32,000 nucleotides of DNA from contig JACQJH010000001.1 of NCBI GenBank assembly GCA_016205145.1, positions 120,001-152,000 on the forward strand, given 5' to 3'. The position numbers and the translations under genes are program-made. Below, in pieces: positions 17,412-23,864 of this stretch. Within the stretch, counting starts at the first letter, position 1; the number at the start of each line of letters is the position of its first letter. The stretch is from Candidatus Iainarchaeum sp. GTDB taxonomy: Archaea; Iainarchaeota; Iainarchaeia; Iainarchaeales; JACQJH01. The notes under the pieces were generated by a model. It was not told where the DNA came from. It worked only from the letters and a program-made list of their open reading frames with translations, and did no database searches.

Positions 17412-17645
17412 TCATGGCACCAACAGGAAAGCCACGTGAGCCGAGAAAAATCGGTCCGGGCAGGCTTGCGCAAACCAGAAGCGGCCAGCCTTGGGAATCG
17501 CCTTACGACCCTGCAGATGTTCCTGGGCCGCATAGGGCGCTGATGCACGGCGACCAAGGCGATGCGGCAAGGATGAGAAGCTGGGTTGCGGACTTAAGTG
17601 CGCGGAAAACCCGAAAACCAACCGACGCGGACAAATAATTTTTCT
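17412..17645. ncRNA. Candidate structured RNA of unknown class (strand unresolved)
   Basis: This is a gene-free, GC-rich segment between two minus-strand genes. It has at least five helices: 17527-17533/17562-17568 (7 bp perfect), 17600-17605/17622-17628, 17441-17444/17451-17454, 17460-17464/17510-17514 and 17485-17489/17580-17584. A TTTTTCTT run at 17638-17645 could end a plus-strand transcript. Confidence 0.3.
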
Positions 17646-17669
17646 TATGCTTGTCTGCAAAAATTTGGT

Positions 17670-18158
17670 TTACCTGTTTTGCCCGTAGCTTTCCGCCAAT
17701 TTCGCGATCACGTTTTCGATGTCGTCCATTGTCTCGTTGACGGGCTTTTTGACCCAGTGCGAAAACGATTCCTTCAGGTTCTGCTGTTCGCCGTAAGGCG
17801 AATTGTTGATGTGGTATTTCGCTTTCTTGCGGACGACAATGCCGGCGTCAATGAGCCTGTTGACGTGGTAGCGCAAAAGCTTTTCGGATATTTCCTTGTT
17901 GTACCTCAGCTTTATTTCGAGCTGGATGTCGCCGGTCGAAGGGCTTGCTTTTTTTGCAAGCAGGAAATCGAACAAAACATCGACAACTTCAAGCACGGTC
18001 GAGCGCGACTCCTTTTCCGAAATCAGGCCGAATGAAAGGCAGAACCAGCGCAGAAGGGAACGCTTTGTCAGAAGCACTTCCGGCGGCAAATCCATTTTTC
18101 GGAAAGTGAAGGAATTGCGGACAAGCGCGCTTTCCGGAAACTCAAAATTATCCGCCAA
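17670..18158 (-). CDS. Winged-helix DNA-binding protein (family not assigned)
   Basis: A 162-aa ORF. STGDIQLEIKLRYNKEISEKLLRYHVNRLIDAGIVVRKKAKYHI looks like an HTH plus wing. It is divergent from the 18331 gene, and tandem repeats lie in the shared promoter region. Confidence 0.6.
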   Translation of the reverse strand: MADNFEFPESALVRNSFTFRKMDLPPEVLLTKRSLLRWFCLSFGLISEKESRSTVLEVVDVLFDFLLAKKASPSTGDIQLEIKLRYNKEISEKLLRYHVNRLIDAGIVVRKKAKYHINNSPYGEQQNLKESFSHWVKKPVNETMDDIENVIAKLAESYGQNR

Positions 18159-18277
18159 ATTAGCACCAAGTCTGTTCGAAAAGGAAACACTATATTTCCC
18201 AAACTTAAAGTTATTAGTTGACGGTGCTATTTATTCTTTTCCCCGTTTGACTTCGAAAGGCATATATTCCACTTTGC

Positions 18278-18304
18278 GATAACATTCTTTTGGATAACAT
18301 TCTT
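18278..18304. promoter_or_regulatory. Tandem direct repeat GATAACATTCTT x2 (15-bp period), candidate operator
   Basis: Exact 12-mers at 18278-18289 and 18293-18304, 27 nt upstream of the 18331 start, in the divergent region shared with the wHTH gene. Confidence 0.4.
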
Positions 18305-18330
18305 GCTTCTGGATTTTTGAGGAATTTAAG

Positions 18331-18960
18331 ATGGTAAGTGCAAGATCGCCCCATAAACTGAATATGGTTGCCCGGAATTCCTTAACGGAGCCGGGCGTGA
18401 GAGTGAAGCCTGCCCGCAGGCTAAGGCTTGTGAATGCAATGCCCGTCAGCGAGCCGGCTTCGAGCGGGCCGGAATTGGCAACGCTCATGACTCCGGCAGA
18501 ACGCAGGGAACTTGCAAGGCAACGGAAAAACGCCGAATTTGTGGCCCGGCTTGTGGCAGCGCACCCGGATAAAGTGGGGCCGGAAGATGTCATGGCACGC
18601 CTCAAGGCAGCGGCAAGGCAGCGCGCCGTTGCCAGATTTGAACTGGAACAATCAATGAGCCCGGCAGAACGGGAACGGCAAAGGCAAGAGCAGGACAGGG
18701 CAGTCAAAAGATTGCAGGACATCAGGGATACGCTGACCGTGGGCCAAATGGTCGGAGTGGCAAGAGAGGCGCTTGGAAGAATCGGTTCCGCCAACGGAAA
18801 AGTGTCCCCGCGGATTTCCGTCATAAAGGCTTTGCAGGACAGCCATTTTCTTGTCCTGTTTGACGGCGACGGAATTTATGTCCGGGTCAAGGATAATTGG
18901 TTCAATATTTTTGATCCAAGAAAAAAACAGTTTTTGCTGGATCCGCCCAGAAAGCTTTAA
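18331..18960 (+). CDS. Arg-rich hypothetical protein
   Basis: A 209-aa ORF with an internal duplicated motif (MTPAERRELARQRK / MSPAERERQRQEQ). The C-terminal part looks globular. Alternative starts are Met12 and Met37. Confidence 0.55.
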   Translation: MVSARSPHKLNMVARNSLTEPGVRVKPARRLRLVNAMPVSEPASSGPELATLMTPAERRELARQRKNAEFVARLVAAHPDKVGPEDVMARLKAAARQRAVARFELEQSMSPAERERQRQEQDRAVKRLQDIRDTLTVGQMVGVAREALGRIGSANGKVSPRISVIKALQDSHFLVLFDGDGIYVRVKDNWFNIFDPRKKQFLLDPPRKL

Positions 18961-19205
18961 GAATTCCTGATTAATTAAATTAATGGTGCCGGGTGAAATC
19001 CGCGAGAAAAAACCAGGCACGCCAAAACCGCGAGTGATGTTTTGTGAGGCAACCGCGCGCATCCAGTCCAACCGCCATGGATCCACACCAGTCAGCTACA
19101 TAACGCCAGCCAGTCTTTTCACATGAAAAAGTCTTTTAAGCAGGAAACAACAATAGTAAAATCCAGGGCATAATTTTTTCGCTTGGTTTTTTTGAAGCGG
19201 AAGTG

Positions 19206-19568
19206 ATGGCTATGGTTGTTTCAATTATGGCAAGGTTTCATCCCTTGCGGTTGAAAGTTTCTAGAAGGGAACCGGTCGAACTGGAACTAACTCTTGCCAA
19301 CGACGGCAAAGCAAAAAAACTCAGCGTGGACATTGCTTTGGGTTTGGGCCTGAGCTTCCAGCGCGGCGGCTTCAAGACTAATGTAATGGAACGGCTTGAC
19401 GCAATCGGCCCGAACGAGTCAAAAACCCTTTTCTACCAGATATGGCCAAAGCACGACGTGCGCTTCGGCGAAATGCCGATCCGCATCCGCGTGCTCGAAC
19501 ACGGCGAATCGTTCGCGCAAATCCTCAAGCAGGACATTGCAGAGGAAAGCCTGATAGTCGAGGAATAG
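19206..19568 (+). CDS. Hypothetical protein, possibly a small Ig/CARDB-like fold
   Basis: LRLKVSRREPVELELTLANDGKAKKLSVDIALGLGLSF is a beta-sandwich-like pattern. GTG 19203, ATG 19206 and ATG 19227 are possible starts. Confidence 0.55.
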   Translation: MAMVVSIMARFHPLRLKVSRREPVELELTLANDGKAKKLSVDIALGLGLSFQRGGFKTNVMERLDAIGPNESKTLFYQIWPKHDVRFGEMPIRIRVLEHGESFAQILKQDIAEESLIVEE

Positions 19569-19583
19569 CTTTTCAATGAATGT

Positions 19584-19997
19584 GTGGCGGTGTGCTGTTT
19601 GAGGGAACCGGCGGAACATGGTGCGCGCCGGAAGCAAAGGCGGATTAGGCTGGACTTTGCCAATGCGGGAAAGCTTGCGGAGTTTTATGCCGGCCGGGGC
19701 AATCTTTCGGAAGAACTTGACCGGGTTGGAAGGCTTTTGCCGGACGACCTGAAACGGCACGTTCCAAATTTTATCCTGTTTCCGAGGCCGGTCTGCCGGC
19801 TCGCAATTGCAATGAGAAGCAATGCGGCGTACGTGCCGCTGTTGAAAGTCGGGGTCTATGTCTGGCATAAGCCGTCCGGAAGAATGTTTTTGATACGTTT
19901 GCCGGACGACCGCCATGAAAATCCTCTGGTTTCTTCGGTGAGTGGTGTGCGTGAAATGAAGCTGGCAATGGAGTCTGGGTATGTTTCGGTTGAATAG
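19584..19997 (+). CDS. Hypothetical protein
   Basis: A 137-aa ORF with a GTG start 13 nt after the previous stop. A competing antisense ORF (19419..19916) overlaps the preceding gene and was judged less likely. Confidence 0.4.
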   Translation: MAVCCLREPAEHGARRKQRRIRLDFANAGKLAEFYAGRGNLSEELDRVGRLLPDDLKRHVPNFILFPRPVCRLAIAMRSNAAYVPLLKVGVYVWHKPSGRMFLIRLPDDRHENPLVSSVSGVREMKLAMESGYVSVE

Positions 19998-20064
19998 CCC
20001 GTGTGCATTGCATTTTTTTGATAAAGATTAAAAACCGCCGCGCCTTAACTTATTCTGGTTAAAA

Positions 20065-20517
20065 ATGCCCGAACCGCGCAAAGGCTTTTTTGGAAACCTG
20101 CACGAGCGAGCCCATGAAACGGTCCGCAGACTCGTCGAACGAGAAAGGTCAAAGCATGCTTTCAGGCGCGAAAGCGCGCCGATTGTTCAAGAACTCGCAG
20201 ACACTCAAAGGCAAATCTCGGAAGCCGAGCGAACTTTGACGCTTGTCCGGGAAGCGCAGGTGACCAGAGCAAAATCAAGAAACGGTCCGCGCAAGCCGAC
20301 CGTGGCGGAAATAATTGCGGATGGTTCCGGCCGTTTCAATAACACGACGCTTGAAGCAGCGGAAAGCGAACGGCAAAGGGCTGAAGCGTTTCTCGCGGAC
20401 CTTGAGCCGAGAGTTTCGCAGATTGAAGCCGGACTTAAAATTTTGCGGAGAAAGCAAACCGGGCTGCTAGGACATATCAAATCGCTTCGGGAACAGCACG
20501 GCCTGGCAAGGCAATAA
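20065..20517 (+). CDS. Arg/Glu-rich helical (coiled-coil-like) hypothetical protein
   Basis: A 150-aa ORF with an ATG start and helical heptad-like composition. It is followed by an inverted repeat at 20528-20550. Confidence 0.55.
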   Translation: MPEPRKGFFGNLHERAHETVRRLVERERSKHAFRRESAPIVQELADTQRQISEAERTLTLVREAQVTRAKSRNGPRKPTVAEIIADGSGRFNNTTLEAAESERQRAEAFLADLEPRVSQIEAGLKILRRKQTGLLGHIKSLREQHGLARQ

Positions 20518-20527
20518 ACCAAAACGA

Positions 20528-20550
20528 TTATGTATTTTCAATCTACATAA
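20528..20550. promoter_or_regulatory. Inverted repeat TTATGTA-N9-TACATAA made of two one-off variants of the TACATAAC motif
   Basis: The arms are at 20528-20534 and 20544-20550 with spacer TTTTCAATC. It starts 11 nt after the stop of 20065..20517. Confidence 0.4.
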
Positions 20551-21355
20551 ACATGCGTCTAATGTCTGTTTTTTTGTCTTATCTTTCCATGCCTTCTCAC
20601 GGATGGCTTGGTGCGACCAATACTGCCAAAGGGCACATTTTGAAGAACATGTGGGCGGCCGGCGCAGCGATGAATGTGTCTGGCCGCGTGGCAGCAATGC
20701 GCCTAAGACAGCCAGGAGAAATGGGGTCATTTGGTTGGGCTGCGCGAAGAGTTGGTGCTATTCCTGCCGCTCAAGGACCGGATTATCGGGGAAGTGCCGG
20801 CACGTCCTGCCGTTCATTTGGCTGATTTTGAGGCAAATCCGCGTTCCTATTGCAGTTGTGGCAGTTTTGCGGGAACTATGGCTTGAGGTGCAGGGGCGGG
20901 CTTGTCAGGCAAAGCGCATGGCCAGCACGGCCGGCAGTGGCCTGTGTTTTCCTGCTATTTTCGAGCCACCCACAGCACATCTTATACATAACCTTTCTGG
21001 CTTTTTTCCCTCCAAGCCACCCGGCAAAAACCCTGCTCCGCGCCTTTGAGCCACCTCGCGCTCCAGCCAGCCGGTTTGGGAATCATTTTTGCAAATTAAC
21101 GGAATTTTCCGAAGGGATTTTGCGGTCTAATAGAGGTTGTGCCGAATTACGTGTGTTTGGGGGAAGTTTGGGGGTGAAAACGCGCCCAGATTGCCGGAAT
21201 CGGGGGTTTGTGGCAACTGTTTGAGTCAAGACGAAGCGAAGGAGGTTATGTATAAATTAGTGTTTAGTTTGCCTGTTTTTCCAGCAAAACCGCGTAACCT
21301 GTCTCCTTCGTTTTTTGGCCGCGCGGTTCACATTCAATCGGCGTTTGAAGTCCTA

Positions 21356-21529
21356 TTACGGTTTGGCTAAGTGGCTGTGCGTCATCGCTTCCAGGAACGA
21401 ATGGCAGTGCATTTCTTCCGCGCCGAAAAGGCCTGTCGGTGCGCCATGGCAATATGTTCCCGGCCAAAGCAGTATTCCAAGGATTATGGCCACGGCCAGC
21501 AGGATAATGATTACAGTTTTGCTGTCCAT
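21356..21529 (-). CDS. Small single-TM protein (57 aa)
   Basis: MDSKTVIIILLAVAIILGILLWPGTYCHG... from the internal ATG of the 21356..21661 ORF. It is the last gene of the minus-strand operon. Confidence 0.4.
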   Translation of the reverse strand: MDSKTVIIILLAVAIILGILLWPGTYCHGAPTGLFGAEEMHCHSFLEAMTHSHLAKP

Positions 21530-21626
21530 TAAAAAATTGCAGCGGTTTTGCTTCTTATGCCTTTTGCAGAAAATTTTGGATTTTTTTCCTAAAAAAAGGT
21601 TTTTTATGACAAAACGGCGTTTGCGG

Positions 21627-22604
21627 CTATCTTCTCCCGCGCTTTGCCAAATCCCTTGCAACCGCGGTTTCGTCTTCTCCGCCCATTATCCTGTCAACGC
21701 CCCTTTCCAACGATTCTTCCGGCACGCCCCTTTCCGTCAGCCTGTTGGCGTGCTTTTGCCTTATCCCTTCGGCACGTTCAGCAATGTCAAGTATCGCATA
21801 CCAGCCTTCACGGGCAAGATAAGACCGTTCCTCGCCGGCGGCTGTCCGCATTTCTTCCGTTTGCATCTGCTCCAATATTTTCCTTATGTTTTCATTGGTT
21901 GGGCGCAATCCCTGTTCGGCAAGCCGCCTGCCCGCCTCTTCAACGATTCTTGCGGAGTGCCCGTCGGCTCTAAGCCTGCTTTCCGCGCGAACCTGCCTGA
22001 AATGCAAAAATATTTCTTCATCTGATTTGCCCTGCTGTGCCATTGCGAGCGCCAGCCCGATTTGCCTTTCAGAAAAGCCTTCGCCTCTCAGAACTTCCAC
22101 CACTGCGCCTTGCGTGCCTTTGGGTTCCGGGCGTTCGGCGGCCTGGCTTTGCCTGCGTTGCGCTTCCCTATCCCTACCGTGAACTTCGGCAAGAATTTCT
22201 TCCCCGGTTTGCCTGCCTTCAAGCGTGCGCCTCAAAACTTCCCGCTTGTCCGCCGGAGAAAGCCCCCGCCAGACAGGGCTGGCCGAAAGTTCCATTTCTG
22301 CGCTGACCATTTCCCAGGCCTGCGCCGGCGTAAGGCTTTCGCGCTCCGCGGTTTCAAAAACAGTCAGATGATACTCTTCAGGCACGCCTCTTGCAAGAAG
22401 CTGTTGCGCAACGTGCAACGGAACGCCCCCCGCAGCTTGTGGTCTGCGTTGCCCCTGGCTTTCCGCGTATTTGCCGCCGCCTCTGACACGCAGCGCCTCT
22501 TCGGCTTCCGGCCCTTCCGGTTTTTTTGGTTGGCGTGCCTGTCTTTCGCCCCTGTCATGTTTTCGCTCTGCGGCAGAACCGCTTCGATTGCGTCCTTTTG
22601 GCAT
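21627..22604 (-). CDS. Arg/Glu-rich protein with about five copies of a ~30-aa UBA/HTH-like helical module
   Basis: The start is at Met18 of the ORF (ATG at 22604), 4 nt after the upstream stop. The SD GGTGA embeds that stop. Modules: GVPEEYHL.., GLSPADKREVLRRTLEGRQTGEEILAEV, GFSERQIGLALAMAQQGKSDEEIFLHF, GLRPTNENIRKILEQ, GVPEESLERGVDRIMGGEDETAVARDLAKRGRR. Confidence 0.65.
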   Translation of the reverse strand: MPKGRNRSGSAAERKHDRGERQARQPKKPEGPEAEEALRVRGGGKYAESQGQRRPQAAGGVPLHVAQQLLARGVPEEYHLTVFETAERESLTPAQAWEMVSAEMELSASPVWRGLSPADKREVLRRTLEGRQTGEEILAEVHGRDREAQRRQSQAAERPEPKGTQGAVVEVLRGEGFSERQIGLALAMAQQGKSDEEIFLHFRQVRAESRLRADGHSARIVEEAGRRLAEQGLRPTNENIRKILEQMQTEEMRTAAGEERSYLAREGWYAILDIAERAEGIRQKHANRLTERGVPEESLERGVDRIMGGEDETAVARDLAKRGRR

Positions 22605-22608
22605 TTTT

Positions 22609-22875
22609 TCACCTTTGCGTTTGCCTTCTGCCCCGTGTAGTGAAACGTGCCACAACGGCGCTCATGCTGTCCCCATTTTCAAGCCCTTCAAGCGCTTCCT
22701 CAAGACTTGCGGTTGGAACGCCGTTCCGCAACAAAATTCCCTTGGCTTTCCTTCTTTCTTGAAAGCGGATGCCCCTGTCAAGCGCGCCAGCCGCAATTCT
22801 TTTATTTGCATCCCGCCATTTTGTAACCCCTTTGTGCCTTGAACCCGAACCGGGCCTGCCGGAATTCCTTGACAT
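22609..22875 (-). CDS. Small basic protein carrying one copy of the same module
   Basis: GVPTASLEEALEGLENGDSMSAVVARFTTRGRR aligns with the C-terminal module of the downstream gene (about 14 of 37 identical by eye). A GGAGG SD lies 8-12 nt upstream of the ATG. Confidence 0.6.
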   Translation of the reverse strand: MSRNSGRPGSGSRHKGVTKWRDANKRIAAGALDRGIRFQERRKAKGILLRNGVPTASLEEALEGLENGDSMSAVVARFTTRGRRQTQR

Positions 22876-22931
22876 TCAAACGCCTCCAAATTTACTCGCT
22901 TCAATTAAGCTGTAAATTATTGGCTGGCGGG

Positions 22932-22964
22932 ATATAAAAGCTTTTACAAAAAAACAGTTATGTA
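22932..22964 (-). promoter_or_regulatory. BRE/TATA (AAAAGCTTTTATAT) preceded by ATACATAAC, promoter of 22609..22875
   Basis: The minus strand reads ATACATAAC-TGTTTTTTTGT-AAAAGCTTTTATATCC. The TATA box is about 57 nt upstream of the ATG. Confidence 0.5.
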
Positions 22965-23260
22965 TTTGTTTTGCGTTCGGCGACCACGTCTTCGATTGCC
23001 ATTCGTTGCGGTGCGCCTTGCTCCATTTTCTTCAAAACCGCTTCGACCGCGCCGCGCATTTGAACGCCGCTCAACCCCCGCTGTCTCAAGGCACTGTCGA
23101 TTTCAGGGCGCAAGGCGCTTATTCTATTCAGGCCCGCTTGCTGGGCGCGAAGTCTGTCTTTGCCTTCTCTGGCTTCCTTTCGCCTCTGCCTTGCCTCGGG
23201 CGTTGCCCAAGGGAAAATCCTTTTCCAAAGCGGTTCGCGTTTCGGTGGTTCTCCTGCCAT
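22958..23260 (-). CDS. Small basic protein with a related module
   Basis: The start is at Met29 of the ORF (ATG at 23260), 4 nt after the upstream stop, with SD GGGTGA. The module is RGLSGVQMRGAVEAVLKKMEQGAPQRMAIEDVV. Confidence 0.6.
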   Translation of the reverse strand: MAGEPPKREPLWKRIFPWATPEARQRRKEAREGKDRLRAQQAGLNRISALRPEIDSALRQRGLSGVQMRGAVEAVLKKMEQGAPQRMAIEDVVAERKTNT

Positions 23261-23264
23261 GTTT

Positions 23265-23759
23265 TCACCCGCTGCCTTGCGGCGGTTTCCTGAGGCTTTC
23301 GTAAAATGTTTGCGCTGTTTTTTCCACCGCAAGGCCATCGTCAAAGCCCGCCCGCAGGTGTTCCCTTACAAGGTTCATTGCAGGCGTCAAAAGGTTCTGC
23401 GGCAATGGCGTGCCCAATTCAATCAATCTCGCCTGAAGGCCGCGCAACAGTCTCACGCTGTGAAACTGCTCGATGTGATGGGCTTCAACTTCCGTTGCAG
23501 CCGCCTGGACGGCCCTGGCTTCCTCCATCCCGCCGAATATTTTTTGCATTGCAATCCGGGCGGTTTCGTCCACAAACGTCAAAGGAACCAACCGGCCGGC
23601 TGAATCTCTTACCCTTTGTTGTTGTTCTTGATGTGCAACGGTCCGCCGGCCTGCTTCTTCAAGTTCCCGTTTTGCGGCTTCCATTCGCGCGCGGGCTCCG
23701 GTAATGTCTGGCTTCCGCCCTCCGGTTCTGTCAGGCCCTTCCACCATTTTTTCCCTCAT
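23265..23759 (-). CDS. Arg/Glu-rich helical hypothetical protein, first gene of the operon
   Basis: A 164-aa ORF. The second ATG (23747) has an AGGGA SD-like element 6 nt upstream and may be the true start. Confidence 0.6.
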   Translation of the reverse strand: MREKMVEGPDRTGGRKPDITGARARMEAAKRELEEAGRRTVAHQEQQQRVRDSAGRLVPLTFVDETARIAMQKIFGGMEEARAVQAAATEVEAHHIEQFHSVRLLRGLQARLIELGTPLPQNLLTPAMNLVREHLRAGFDDGLAVEKTAQTFYESLRKPPQGSG

Positions 23760-23801
23760 TAATCTTTGCAGATTAAGATTGTATTGATTTGGGGTTTGTT
23801 G

Positions 23802-23832
23802 AATAAAAACATTTCTAAAAAAACGTTATGTA
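23802..23832 (-). promoter_or_regulatory. TATA-like TTTTTATT preceded by ATACATAAC, promoter of 23265..23759
   Basis: The minus strand reads ATACATAAC-GTTTTTTTAGAAATG-TTTTTATTC. This is the same layout as the promoter at 22932-22964. Confidence 0.45.
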
Positions 23833-23864
23833 TCTGTTGCTTCTTTTTTTTGTCTGAACAGTTT

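Noticed and set aside
17426-17601. RNase P RNA assignment (minus strand; P4-like pairing of AAGUCCGC with GUGGCUU and a bulged U)
   Set aside because: Only the P4 core fits. The J3/4 GGAAAG and CR-V ACAGAA contexts are not matched, I found no P1/P2 pairing, and the span (about 175 nt between the P4 strands) is very short. It is kept only as a hypothesis to test with covariance models.
20553-21224. Plus-strand ORFs 20553..20825, 20603..21049 and 20850..21224 in the long gap
   Set aside because: They are mutually overlapping frames with Cys/Trp/Arg-rich products and no start context. I treat the region as non-coding (see the finding on the 838-nt gap).
21248-21370. 41-aa ORF (MYKLVFSLPVF...) preceded by GGAGG
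   Set aside because: The GGAGG is only 2 nt from the ATG, which is too close for an SD. The ATG is part of a TACATAAC motif copy, and the ORF's 3' end overlaps the convergent small TM gene.
21315-22640. Plus-strand ORFs 21315..22025, 21644..21973, 22062..22640 and others
   Set aside because: They are antisense to the minus-strand operon. The operon genes show paralogous modules, SD sequences and coupled junctions, and the plus-strand products are Pro/Arg/Phe/Cys-rich.
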